This document shows, piece by piece, positions 1-13,577 of a stretch of 64,000 nt of DNA. Source of the DNA: Epiperipatus broadwayi (taxonomy: Eukaryota; Animalia; Onychophora); the NCBI GenBank assembly GCA_028023455.1, contig JAQFVV010000008.1, forward strand, positions 17,422,001 to 17,486,000, in the 5' to 3' direction. Numbering within the stretch: position 1 is the first letter of the stretch; every line of letters starts with the position of its first letter. The translations under genes and the position numbers were made by a program. The notes beneath the pieces are model-generated. The model searched no databases and had not been told where the DNA came from. It saw nothing but the letters and a program-made list of their open reading frames with translations.

Positions 1-989
1 ATCATTACCTTTAGCATTTGCATATTTTTAATATTATTAAAATGCAGATGAAAAATTATAGAAAAATCTAAATCAGGTCATTATATTTCCAAAATATGTT
101 TATCTTTGTCTCATATCAATTAATTCAGATAATTGACTCAAATTCACATCATATCAAAAAATGCAGATAATTCGCGATACACAATCACAAGCTTTTTTTT
201 TAATGTTAGTTTCAATAATAATTTTTTCGTATATTTTTTATCATATATGTATATGAATAAAATAATAATTAAAAAATATGCAGCTTTGAAATTTATATTG
301 CAATAATCTATAATCGACCTAAGTTTATGTACTGTCAAAATCGTTACTTTTAGCATTTGCACATTTTTACTATTACTAAAATGCAGACAACAAATTATAG
401 AAAAATCTAAATCAGGTCATTATATTTCCAAAATATGTTTATCTTTGGGTCATATCAATTCCAATACTCTACCCAAGCTCACATCATAGAAAAAATGCAG
501 ATAATCACGATCTATTTTTTTTTTATATTAGTTTCAATAATAATTTTTTTGTATATTTTTTATCAAATATATATAAAAAAATAATAATTAAAAAATATAT
601 AATAAAATAATAATTAAAAAACATATAATAAAATAATAATTAAAAAATATATAGAAAAATAAAAATTCCACTAGGCCCCCCATAACATTGTCTTCAAAAT
701 CAGTCGGAAAAAGTAAAACTTTTTACCAATGGATTTTTCACACTGAAATGTTTTCTAGTATCAAAAAAATTCAATCTCTTTGATCACAAAAATTATCATA
801 AAATTTTTATTTTTTATCATAGAAAAATAAGATTTACCTTTCCGGAAAGTAGAGACAAAGATGGAAATGAAGGTGTAAAAAGTGCATGCGTAGCCTGTGT
901 AGATTTCCGTTAATCTTAATCTCAACTCGGATGTTTATAATTTGAAAATCATTGCCCGCATTATGTGGGCTTAAACACGAACAGGTTAA
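1..989. mobile_element. Probable right end of a non-autonomous piggyBac-like (TTAA) element with an internal ~339-bp tandem duplication
   Basis: Block starting at 5 (ttacctttagcatttgc) recurs at 344 (ttacttttagcatttgc). The segment ends in ...ACAGG-TTAA (TTAA at 986-989) after the imperfect palindrome GCCCGCA-TTA-TGTGGGC (954-970). The left end is outside the window. Confidence 0.35.
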
Positions 990-3900
990 AGGTATAGATA
1001 TAATATTACAACTATACATGTAAATAAAATTTAAATCTTTGATTCTTATTTCTTAAGTCATAAGAATGCTTCTGCCACAAATTTATAATTTTCCAAATTA
1101 TGCATATTATTGTTTAGATATTAATTCACACTCAGTGTATGACATAAAGGCATATGCAACCTTGAATTCACTTCTCAACAATAATTCCGAAGTTATTCAA
1201 TACTACTTTATTTCCAAGCCATTCTGAACTAGCAATAAAGGATTATTTATTAGGATGATCTTTATTATTTAACACCTCTCTCTTTAATTCTATTATTCTT
1301 TAATTGACATGCAATTATTTATGTAAAATTATTAAAGTGACTGAAATTATCTATTTCCATAAAATTATTAAAATGTTCGAAATGATCTACTTCCATAAAT
1401 ATATACCTTAATATATCCAATATATTCTGTTAACTCACATTCTCCCACCCGCCAACAGACATTCATATATGTCTCTTAAATTAAATATATCTATAAAAAA
1501 CTCATTTCAATTTTACCCTATATATATATATTTACTCTTTTTTTGTATTTAGATTACGGTTAAGACTAGAGAAAATAATTAGCTTTCCTAAGCAGGCTAT
1601 TAATAGAAAATAATACCTTTATCGAAGTAGCATAAAGTGATGAGCCCATTCCAAGATCTTTTTTTTTAATATTATTATTAGGTTATTCAACTCTTGCTTT
1701 ATTATGGAGGTTAGCAAAACAATTATTCATTTTTTTAAAATTTCTTTTTCTCATTCCATTGTGACTTAAAAATCTAACAATGTTTTTTATACATAAAATA
1801 CAAAAATATAATAATAATTTCAATTGAAATGCATAAAATTAAATATATAACATTATTTCATTAAATAAAAAAATTAAATTCAAATGATGTAAATGTATGT
1901 GTGACCTCTTTAATTATATATTCTTTTTTTTTTTCTAAAGTTTTTTTTTTTCATTCACATGAAATCTGTGTGACATTAAATATAGACTTTTTTAAAAATA
2001 ACTTGCAGTTTTTGCCTCTTTTTTTCCCCATGGATGAGAGTACTCTAATTTGAATTACTGAATGTATTGTCAGTACTCAGGTGATTCTTGTGCCAGGTTT
2101 GGTATTTATAAAAGACATAATTAGATGAATTTGAAAGGAATTCAAATATGGAAGGTTATCTTACTTCAACTGACACAGAAAATCCCAAAAAGAGAGATCC
2201 TAAAGATTTTGTTTACTCTTTCGTGGCAAAATAGTTTTTGGATAGCATATTACTTTGTCTGTGTTTTTTTTCTTCAAATTTCTCTTCAAAGCTCTGTGGT
2301 AGCACATGTTTGGAAAAACAATATAGCTTAGTAAAAATCAGCACCAACATGGGAAGCAGAATGAATAAAAATTATTTTTGATCCTTCACCTTCAACTGTA
2401 TGTCTTTACAAATAAGCAGAGATTATCTATTAACTACACATTTGGACATGGATTAAGTATAATTAAAATAATATTATCCTCACGCCTTTGCAATTTGAAT
2501 TCAAGAGAAATAATAATGTTTTTTGAAAATCTATAAATTAATTAATGAAACCTTGATTTTAAATTTTCCTTAATTAAATTCCTTTAACGAGAAAAAACAA
2601 AAGAAAACAGATTTAACTATAAGAAAATAGTCTACTTTAAAATATTTATAATTTTAAATTGCTATGAGTCTTCTATATTATTTTAATCACTATTTAAATT
2701 TTTAATTGCACATACGCACTAACATGTATACACACACAAGTAAATGTCTGTGTTTATAAATGTGTACTAACTTCCTATATTTTTAATTTTAACTTATGTT
2801 ATATTTTTAAGATATATTAAGACCAACAATATAAATTACGTTTCATGATCTCTTTTGACTTGACCCTGATCATCTGCTGTTACTGGAAATGAAGCAACCA
2901 CTTCAATATTGAGAATTATTTCTTGTAATGTTAGCTGTAGTATAACTGGTTATTAAATAGAAATTTAATTAGGTCAAACATTAAAAGGTTCGCATACATG
3001 AAATGATTATATGACAAAATTTAAGATATTTTAATCATAATAAAATGGAGAATGTTAATTAGATATATCTGTAAAAAAAACCAACCATATTTTTCTTTAT
3101 CTCTGAAGAACTGAAAATTTTTTTATCAGTTGATTTATTAATGTAATATTTTTTTGGAAAAAAATTTTTTTTTTTGTAAAAAGAAAATCAATTGATCAAG
3201 ACTTAATGCAATAATTTCTCATATAGTCATGTAATTGAAAGGAAGATTGATATTAGGTTGTTTTTTTTAAAAAGAAATGTGAGCAGTGGAATTCAATAGT
3301 GGTAGCTTCAGCATGAAGAAGCTCATCTTGGAAATCTGATGATAGATTGACTCACTCAATTAAAAAATGAAAATGTTTTAAAGCAATATAATAATATGGG
3401 GTTTACAAGAACCTTGTGCTAAGCTCTTGCTAAAAACTGATCATTACTGATCCAATCATGTAATAAATTTCACTAAAAGGAATGTAGGGGAAAGAAAATA
3501 CTCCTGGGAGAAACTTTCATCAAGCCTTATGTATTGATCCATCCAAAATCATGACTGTTTGAAGTTATGTTATTCTGAAATTAAGATAATTATTAATTTA
3601 GATGTCTGTAGCTACAAAAAGAAAATGCTAACCTGAGATGAAAATTATTATTAAACTGGAAATGTAGAACTGTAAAAAAAAAAAAAGGAAAAAGAAGAAA
3701 AGATAATCTAAAATGAAAATAATTATTAAATTAGAAACCTGGAGTTGCAAAAAAAAAAAAAAAAAAGCTAGCCAAACAGAAAATATATTAAAACTGGAAA
3801 CCTGGAACCACAAAAGGAAAAAAAGCTAAATGGATTAAAATAACTATTGAGATAGCTGTAAAAAAGCCAAAGTCAAGACATTGTCTAGAATACTACTTGC

Positions 3901-6347
3901 AAGAATTTACAAGAAGAGACATTCAACTAGCCAATTACAAAAGGATTAAAAAATATTAATAGTTAGATCAAATATTTTAATATATACATCTATATTAGTT
4001 TATAAAAGAAAAAATGAATAGTTGAAAATATTTTTTTAGTAGTATTACTATTGAAAGGGTTTTTTTTTGTTACTAGATTAAAATTGTAAGGAGACATACT
4101 CAATTTTCAAAATAAAAAGGGAGAAGGGTTCAGATTAAAATTATTTTCTTTCTTTGTTGTGGGATACTTGTTTAGAATTTGTTTATTGTAAGGGAATAAC
4201 TCATTTTGTTTAAATGTTAATTAAGAAAAATGAGAAATAATATTTACATGTGTTATATGAAATTTATATGTATTCTGCATATGGATAGGCTTGATCAGTA
4301 TGTATTAAATTTGGGTGTATCATATTATCATTTTCTAAATTATTTTTCTTTTGTGTTGTTAAAAAATAAAGGGATTTCTGAATTTATTTTTTATATCTTT
4401 ATTCTTCTAGCTATCTGCTTGTTAATTACCACCATGTGTGTCTAATTTCATCATAGAATTGTGTACTACAGAGTTGCTAATTTTGAGACATTTTGGAGTA
4501 TTATAATGGTGCTGCTATTGTTCTGATTTTTTTTAGCTTTTTGCAATTATCTACAATATTTTCCAGTTCCATTTTTTTTACAGTAGAAATTGGAACTGAA
4601 ATAATTAATTTTTTAAAAAATCTGAAGATGTCAGTATTGTACAGATCTCATAAAAATTTTCAAACTGAAAGAAATCAAACAATGCACTAATTGGTTGTAT
4701 CATAATATAGAGAATTCAACAGAATTACTGATAGGTATATTATTTAACCTCAGGCAGTTCCAAACATGCTTTTTCTTTTTAGTATTTCAGAAAGAGAAAT
4801 TGTATTTTTTAATTATTTATTTACATATTTAAGTTTATTTACGCAATAAATTTTCAAAATATTTATTTTAAACCAAAACAATATGTGACTACAAATTAGA
4901 TTTTATTGGAGAAATATTTGTTTTTAAGAAGAGAAGTAAAAATGTAGTTGCGATAAAACAGAAATTGTTTCTACTAATTAAAAAGAATTGCTTTCATAAA
5001 TGCCAGAGAAAAAAATTTTTTTTTAAATTTTAATAAGTGTAATTTTGGATTTTAAAACATTTTCATTCTTTTATAATGTCTCAGCTAAAATTCATTTCCG
5101 TTTTTAAAATGGAATTCAAATAATAAATATTTTATTCAGTAATTTTTATCAATAGGCGAAGTTAGTATCTGTTGTGAAAAGAACCATTGTTATGATTATA
5201 TATTTACTTCAGTTATTTATTTTTCTATTTTGGAAAGTTTAAATATTAACTTATAAGCTTATATTTATAATAAATAAATGTAAAGATTATCAACATATAA
5301 TATAGAACAATGGTTTAATATTAAAAATAAAATGTTGCAAATACAACTGAAGTTATCACTTGCATTTTTCAAATAAAAGTAAGAGAATTTGGACCTAAAG
5401 GATAAGAGATTTTTAGATTATTCCAGTAAAAATATTTAATAATAGAATGAATGGTGTATATTTTCTGTTATTCACAATCTCTAGGGTTCTTATAATCCCA
5501 AAGCTAGTTCAGACATAACACTATTTGCTTCATATATGTGTGTGGTCTTCCGGATGGTTCTCTATAAAATTATTTGGATGGCACAAAAATAAAAATTACC
5601 CTTAAGGTACACATTTATTTTATAGAAGTTATGGTGGTTACTATTTTATTCATTGCCAATATATTCAAAGTCCCAGATGGCCCAGAGTATTGATACAGTA
5701 ATTCTAGTAGTATTGTTGTAGAATTAATTTTATAGTTCATTTTTATCACTTATGTATTGTTTATATTATTGGCTTTAAATACTGAATCTTTGCTCATTTT
5801 CTGTGTTTAGTAAAAACTGATGCTTTTGTAGATGATTATTCATTAGTGCTTCAAATTATGATGATTTTCATGACTACTAAGCTATTCCCTCTATACCATT
5901 ACTATATATGTGTTTTTGCTGTTAATATATTAATAAATAAACAATTTTTAAATTAAATATTTATTATGCATGTGTAAACTTATTCACAGAATAACTAATT
6001 CTAAAAACATTACTATGATAATTCACAAGTCAGATCTTCATTATTTAAATGAACTTGTAAATAATATCTTTTTTATAGCAATGCCAATATATTTATTAGA
6101 TAAAATCTGGAGGTCAGATAAAAGTGATCTTGTCATTTTTTGTCTGACAAATAGATTAACCTTTAAATAAATCTTTGGGGATCTGATTTGCGAATTATCT
6201 TAATAAAATTTTGGGATTGGATAGGTTTATATTATCATGGTTATATATTTGATATTATTTATGGATTTGCTAATATCATTAGATTATGTATATGTCTATG
6301 CTTATTGATACATTTTTTATATGAATATTATTTTTAGCACACACATA

Positions 6348-6523
6348 TGCTGTAATACTTTGAATATAAGATGCCTCCAAATTTAAGATGCAGTAGAATT
6401 TTAAGCTTAGAAAATTATAAAAAAGTTAATAAAATTTTTGCTTTGAATTTAAGATGCACCCCCACTTTTACAGGTCCAAAATTTGAATAAAAAAGGGCAT
6501 CGTATATTTGAAGTAATACAGTA
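6348..6523. mobile_element. Tc1/mariner (pogo/Tigger-like) MITE, 176 bp
   Basis: ~27-bp imperfect TIRs (tgctgtaatactttgaatataagatgc / gcatcgtatatttgaagtaatacagta), TA on both sides (6346-6347, 6524-6525), internal taagatgc repeats. Confidence 0.7.
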
Positions 6524-6577
6524 TATTATTTTTTCATAGTTGAACATTTATAATTTTGTTTTGTTTTTTATTTATAG

Positions 6578-7490
6578 ATTTTTTCTGAAGCCAGAGTGAA
6601 AATTTCTAATGACACATTACAGAGGTTTGCAGAGTATAATAATGAATCATTTAACATGTGTCTCTTAAAGTTATGCAAAAGCCATCGTTTTTCTTTTATT
6701 TTAGAAAGTGATTCAAAGGAATGGACCATTATAGGAGAATGGCAGCATTTAAAACTTTTAAAACATAGAATAGACGAAGCTTTAAAACTGCCACCACCCA
6801 TTAATGTTTTGGTTTCATTTGAGGAAGACTCAATCGAAGTATCAAAAACATATTGGGATATGCTTGTATCTGAAAAAGCTTCACATCTTCTCAAAATTTT
6901 TATAGAAACATTTTTAAATATTAAAGAAATTAATAATATGTTGAATATAAGTGCTTGTAATAAAGGTATATCATTGTTGAAAAATAGTATTAAGAATTGT
7001 GGTGGCTCCATTTCTCCAGAAGTGATTGATTCCTCAAATCTCAAAAATATTAATGATTTTTCAAGGGTTACTAGTTTCAATAAGAAGTCCACTAATATTA
7101 TTAAAAATACAATGTATTTTTCAGATTCAGTCAAAGTTTCATTTTGTCATGGAGACATTACTAAAGAATCTGTTCATACTATAGTAAATGCTGCTAATGA
7201 AGACTTAGATCACATTGGAGGTGTTGCTGCAGCAATTGTTAAAGCAGGTGGAAATATAATAAAAGAGTTTTGTCAGTCTTACATAAAAAGTCACGGAAAA
7301 GTTAGTACTGGTAATTTTATAATTTCGCCTCCTGGAAATCTTCCATGTTCAAAAATTGTACATGCTGTTGGTCCCCAATGGTATAAATATGGAATGCAGT
7401 CGTCTCATTTATTGAAAATATTATTTTATAATATCTTCAAGCATTGTGATGGCACCACACCTTCTTTAGCCCTTCCACTTGTTAGTTCAG
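6578..7490 (+). CDS. Internal coding exon of a PARP9/PARP14-like macrodomain protein (N-terminal region plus most of the macrodomain)
   Basis: Polypyrimidine tract and TTTATAG acceptor ending at 6577 (phase 0); open frame to the CAG|GTATTT donor at 7490/7491 (phase 1). Encodes HGDIT...VNAANEDLDHIGGVAAAIVKAGG...PGNLPCSKIVHAVGPQW...SLALPLVSS-G, the canonical macrodomain motifs. Confidence 0.92.
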
Positions 7491-8628
7491 GTATTTTAAA
7501 ATTAGAATTTGATATTTATATATATCTTCAGAGAATCACTATTTATTATGCATTAATTAATCAAATAATATTTTTAGTTGCTTGTTATTTTCAAACAAAA
7601 AAATGAGTTTGAATTAATTATCTTGGATCGGCATCATTATGACTTAAATTGTCTTATTTTAGAAATATATGTAAATAGTTTCAAATGTTACATATATATG
7701 TTATATAATGTTTTTTGCACATGTAATTTTTTTTTTAGATATGCCATATGTGTTGCCTTTGTTGATTTATATATATCTTCAATTCAAAAAATTGAATTGA
7801 ACTATCTAAAATTCATATCTATGCACATATAATTCTACTATTTTAGAATTAATATAAAAAGATCTCCAGTTGAAGTAATTGTTTGGCCAATGCAATATTT
7901 ATTCTAATTTAATTTGCATTAAATGTTATGAGACTTATTTTAGTTGACTTTTAATAATACATGCTTTTTAATTAACCACAATATTTTCTTTATAATTAAA
8001 AAAAAATTATTATTTTTTAACTGGACTATTAAACAAAATTATATTATATATATAATTAACAAATTTTATAAGGCATATATATAAGTATTAATATCAGACA
8101 AATTGTTTTTAAAAATCTTAACTATAGATGCTTTATCAAAACAAGACATAAAAAACAACAACTTAATTCTCATATCACATTAACTTTTTTTTGTTCATGT
8201 TAACAAACACGGTTTGATTCAGTATCAGCATTTGTTTCGCACAAAAACTTCATTAATATTTTCATGAAAGCAGCCACAACTTAATTACATATAATTGTTA
8301 TCCATATGCATTCTTTTAACAGTTTTTCTTCTCAGAACTATTATAGTTTTTTTTTTTTTTTCAGTTTTGATTTTATACTTGGCCTAATAATTAAATTAAC
8401 ATAAATGGATTATACACAATTGTAATTTTTAGCCATCTTTTTAAAACATGTTGTATTTATTAGGATCTATAATTGCTTTTTATTTTTATTCAGTGTAACA
8501 TATAGCATTAATGACAACTTCATTTTTATGTTACTTTTTCTTTTATTTTATCAACAGACCAATTTAATGTTTATTTCATTCTATAATGCTAAAAACACAT
8601 TTACTGCTCCTTTTATATTATCCATTAT

Positions 8629-8832
8629 TAAACAAGACATTTATTTTTTTATATAGCGCGATGTTTTATAATCTATAATATTAATAAGCCAATAAGCTAA
8701 TACACATGCGCTTTGCAGATGTCACTATTTATATAGTGAGATCTGCAAAGCGCATGTGTATTAGCTTATTGGCTTGTTAATATTATAGATTATAAAACAT
8801 CGCGCTATATAAAAAAATAAATGTCTTGTTTA
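8629..8832. repeat. 204-bp near-perfect palindrome (fold-back, possibly a TA-flanked MITE), with a partial third arm at 9069-9134
   Basis: Arms pair about a centre at 8730/8731 with one G.T (8685/8776), one G-G mismatch (8721/8740) and a 4-nt loop. The same arm sequence recurs at 9069-9134. Confidence 0.95.
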
Positions 8833-9225
8833 CATATGTTTAATTATAAAAATGACGTATCGTAAATTCTAGAAATTTCATTGGCGTCATTCATTTACGT
8901 AGTAAAAAAATAATTTAAAGTGATCAGTTAATAACTTCGCTCTTCATTTCAAACACTTCACATTTGCCCTTACATATATGGTTGGGTCGAAAATATAGAT
9001 GGATTCATGGATTCATTCTATATTTTCTTAAAGACTTTATCTTGTGTTTGAAAAAGTGGGAGTATTCATTTATATAGTGACATCTGCAAAGCACATGTGT
9101 ATTAGCTTTTTGGCTTATTAATATTATAGATTATTCATTATTGTTATTTTGCCTTATTTATTATAATTTTATTAGTATTGATCTGTTATTGTTTGTCTGA
9201 AAGTTTGTGGTGATAGCATTTTATT

Positions 9226-9496
9226 TGTAATTATATGTTGGATTATTTCCATCATCTGTTATTAGTTGTTTAATACTTTTAAAGAAATTCATATTTTATT
9301 TAAACCTTTCAAAGATATTTGCCTGTTGGTAATAGTACACAGATATGTATGTAATACAAGATTTCAAGTGATATTATTATCCTTTCTTCTTCGGGTATTG
9401 CCAGTCTGACTAGTGATTGAATCAGGGACCTAATACTATTCAAAACATTGCATTCTATGCTACACTATATATATTATGATCTAACAAATAATTACA
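9226..9496 (-). mobile_element. Decayed copy of the tRNA-head/hammerhead fold-back family
   Basis: Inverted termini tgtaattatatgttgga / tctaacaaataattaca. The minus strand carries ATAC-CCGAAGA-A...GAAA-TC-TT-GTAT and aligns with 57611-57960. Confidence 0.65.
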
Positions 9497-10149
9497 AATG
9501 ACTTGCTATTGGTTTCCTAGGTTTTCTAGTTTAATCGCCATTAATCCTCAATAGAATGTTTTTGACTAATAAGTGTAAACCTGAAATAAAAATAAAAGAT
9601 TGTCTGGGTCAACTGGTGAAAGCCATTGTAACAAAATGCATTTTGGGAATCTTTAAAAAATTTTCATGTATATTTATCCATATATTTTTAAGTATTATGG
9701 GGAGGAAATAAGTTTTTAATACATAAAAGGAAAATGTGATTACTTTTTCAAATTATAGGTAGTAATTAAAACCATATAATCAAAACTTATTTATTTACTT
9801 TTTCAAATAATAATCAAAAATGTTTTTAATCTTTAAATTAAAATTGATTTTATCTTTTTATTTGATCATATACCCAACATAGATTAACTATCTAGAAAAG
9901 ATGCAGTTAAATGGAATAATACATTAAAACAAGTATCTATGACAATGTTACATATTATTACAGATACATTTTTAGAAAGAAAAAAAATAAAATCAAATAA
10001 TAATTATAGGATTTAGTCACTGTGATTTAATACAAACTGATGAATACATTTGATTACAACAATAAATTGATCCAAGAGGCAGTCAAGAACATTTAGTCAT
10101 TGTTTTAAGAATGGAAATAATTTTTCTAATATGTTAGCACAAGTTAATT

Positions 10150-10520
10150 ATAAACTATTTGAGAAGCCCAATAAACTTTCTGATATGTATATAATGCTTA
10201 CCATTCAAGTTGTTAGTAATTTATTAACTGATATTAATTGATTGTTTGGTCTTTTTTTTTTTTTGTCACTTGTAATTATCCAACATCTTCTGATACATCA
10301 GGTAAAATTGATAAATAAGCTTTAAATTTATTTAACATGATTGGAGTATCTGAAATTCATATGCTAATTTATTCTGTTTGTGTAGATTGTAATATTCCAA
10401 TCTCTGAACATATATTTACATCTGAATTTTAATCTGTTCTTGATATTTGAAGTAAGAAAAACAATATTATTAATTTATTCATTGGGCAACTTAGTGATGT
10501 AGATTGTTAATTATTAAGGA
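10150..10520 (-). mobile_element. Possible decayed 3' end of a CR1/L2-group LINE ORF2
   Basis: Minus-strand translation fragments (MFRDWN...YL..LPDV..DVG...NNQL) resemble the WN.LP...L..IPD.P..GY...NSL C-terminus; heavily degenerate. Confidence 0.3.
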
Positions 10521-10929
10521 TTATTTTTTGTCAAATAAACCAAGGATAGCACTAAAAAATGAATTTAATATTCATTAAGATTTAGTTAATTTTTTTAGCA
10601 ACTTAGATTGAAAGAATTTTTTGACATATATATGTTTATAATATCTATCATGATGTCAATAAGAAAATCAGGTATAGTAAATGGAATTATAAACATAAAA
10701 GAAATTCAATATCACATGTCTTAGAAATAGAAAACATTATTATAAAAACGAGATAATAAAAGTTAACACTAGTAATTATGAATAAAAATTATTTCATAAG
10801 AAAAGATTTTGATACTTTTAAATTATATTGGTATTAGCCTACTGAAAAAATTTCAACATATCAACTATGTTTCTTTTTTTTTTTTTCCACTATTGGGAGA
10901 CATCAAATCTAAATTACCAAATTACATTA

Positions 10930-13577
10930 CTTTGGAGTAGGATTCATTATAAATAAAAAGTGGAAGAACAATATTGTGGAGATTGATGATGTATCGGACA
11001 GAGTTGCAAGATTAGTTATACAACTTAATAGCAGATACCAAATGCAGATAATTCAGGTTTATGCCCCAACAAGTTCTCATAGTGATGAAGTAGTAGAAGA
11101 TTTTTATATGGATGTACAAAAGGCTTTTGATCAGAGTAAACAACATTTTAAAATTGTTATGGGAGACTTTAATGCTAGAATTGGTAGACAAATGAAAGAT
11201 GAAATTGCTGTAGGTAATTTTGGTTATGGTAATAGAAATGAGAGAGGACGTAGACTTGTGGAGTTTGCAGAAAAAGAAAAACTTTATATTATGAATTCAT
11301 TTTTTGAGAAAAATGTTAAAAGGAAATGGACATGGAAGCATCCAAATGAAGGTACAGCAGAATTGGATTATATTTTGACTAACAGGAAATACATATTTTA
11401 AGATTGTAATGTTCTTAATAAATTTAACACAGGAAGTGATCATCGATTAGTAAGGTGTAAGCTACGTGTTAATGTAAAACTAGATAGACAAAAATTATTG
11501 AGAAAAATAATATTTACAGTTGATGTTCCTAATCTTCAGAAACATTCTAATGAATTTAAATTAGAACTTACAAATAGGTTTCAAGTGTTAGGAGATTTTG
11601 AACATGATTCAGATTTGAATGAAATTAATATGAAAATAACTGATACACTTTTAAAAAGTGCAACAAAGATAGCTGGTAGAAAAAAGCAGCAATTGACTAA
11701 TAAAATTTCTACTGAGACTAGAGAATTTATGAAGAAAAGAAGGAATATGAAGATATACAAAAATGATGTATTAAAAAGAATTGAATATCTCGAATTTTGT
11801 AAAATGGTACGGAAAAAAGTTGAAAATGATATAAGAAAGTATAACTGTGAAATAGCAAGGAAAGCTGTAGAAGAAAATAAAAGTCTCAAGAATGTTAAAC
11901 AACATTTTGGTATTGGTAGGAAATTTATATCTGCAATAAGAAAAAAAGATGGAATTATTACTAAAAAGAGAGATGACATCATGAAATTGGTAGAAGATTT
12001 TTATCAAGAATTATATAGTAATAAAGAACAAGTACCTCCTATATCTATTACATCTTCTGAATTGCCCAGAATTTTAAATGAAGAAGTGAGACATGCAATT
12101 AAATGTATGAAGAAAGGAAAGGCTCCAGGAAATGATGGAATTATAATTGATATATTAAAAGAAGGAGGTGAAGAAATAGAAACAATTTTAGCAAAGTTAT
12201 ATACCAAATGTCTAAATGATAAAGATGTACCGGAAGATTGGAAGAATGCAGTAATAATATTAATATTTAAAAAAGGTGATAAAGAAGATATTAGAAATTA
12301 CAGACCTGTCAGCCTTTTATCAGTTTTATATAAAATTTTTACCAAGATAATTACAACTCGTCTACAGAGAACTTTGGATTTCCACCAACTAAGAGAACAA
12401 GCTGGATTTAAAAGTGGTTTTAGTACCATAGATCATATCCAGATATTGAGAGAAGTCATAGAAAGGACAAATGAATATGAGTTGTCATTATGTTTTGGAT
12501 TTGTAGATTATGAAAAGGCATTCGATTCTATACACATTTCTTCAGTGATTAAAGCATTGGATCATCAAGGTATAGATCCAGGATATTGTCGTATTTTAAA
12601 GAATATTTATAAAAATGCAACAGCAACAATTAGATTACATAATGATACTGGAAAAATCAACATTGAGAAAGGTGTAAGGCAAGGTGACTCCATATCTCCA
12701 AAACTTTTTACAGCAGTGCTGCAAGAAGTATTTTGTGGATTAAAATGGGAAACTAAAGGAATGAAAGTAAATGGAGAGTATTTAAGTCATTTAGATTTTG
12801 CAGATGATGTAGTTGTTTTTGCAAATAATGCTTCAGAGCTGCAGGAAATGTTGCAGGAGTTAGCAGATGAAAGTAGAAAAGTAGGACTAAAGATAAATGT
12901 TAAAAAGACTAAAGTAATGTTTAATCGATTTGCTCAAAATATGAAAATAAAGATTGATTATGAAGAATTAGAAGAAGTTAACAGTTACAAATACCTAGGT
13001 CAGATTATTAATACAGATGGAAACATAATGGAGGAAATTAATCATAGAATTAAACTTGGTTGGAGTGCTTTTGGTAGAAATAACTTGATACTAAAAGGAA
13101 ATATGCCTATGTGTTTGAAAAGAATGGTTTTTAACAAATGTGTTTTACCAGTTCTTACTTATGGATCTGAGACTTGGACACTTAATAGAAGAGCAATACA
13201 GGGACTTCAGACCACTCAAAGGAGTATGGAGAGATGTATGTTGGGAGTAACAAGAAGAGATCGAAAACGCAATGTATGGGTAAGACAACAAACAGGTGTT
13301 ACTGACCTTATTGAAAAAATTAAAAGATTGAAGTGGAGTTGGGCTGGACATATTGCTAGAAGAAATGATAACAGATGGACAATTTAAATTTTAAACTGGA
13401 TTCCAAAAGATTGTAAAAGACCCAGAAAGAGACCACATGTGAGATGGATGGATGAAATAAGAAAATGTGCAGGGGTGTTGTGGAAAAGAGAAGCTAAAGA
13501 TCGGAGAAGATGGATTAAACTTGGAGAGACCTTCATCCTGCAGTGGATTGATAATGGTTGATGATGATGATGATGAT
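10930..13577 (+). mobile_element. 5'-truncated RTE-clade LINE: AP-endonuclease plus reverse transcriptase in one frame with two premature stops, (GAT)n tail
   Basis: ORFs 10976-11401 and 11498-13387 share a frame. EN motifs GVGF, VYAPTS, GDFNA, LDYIL, SDHR; RT motifs YRPVSLL, QAGF, VDYEKAFD, GVRQGD, FADD, YKYLG; C-terminus WAGHIARR..RW..RP..RW; natural stop 13559-13561, then gatgatgat. Confidence 0.95.

Noticed and set aside
2835-2885. Minus-strand CAGCAGA-TGATC...GATCA-TGAAA-CGT hammerhead-like string
   Set aside because: Two core mismatches, irregular stem II junction and no stem I.
4574-4734. Candidate upstream exon (cag acceptor, gatag|gtatat donor)
   Set aside because: Stops in all three frames and no protein similarity; could only be UTR, which cannot be supported.
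5400-5720. Minus-strand PSGRPHTYMKQI resembling an RTE C-terminus; plus-strand IYVCGLP resembling an RRM RNP2
   Set aside because: Both matches are too short and are followed by stops; neither can be supported.
6596-7606. 336-aa ORF as a single-exon gene starting at GTG
   Set aside because: The frame begins at a splice acceptor (6578). Homology stops at the donor (7490) and resumes at 30150, so the last 38 codons are intronic read-through.
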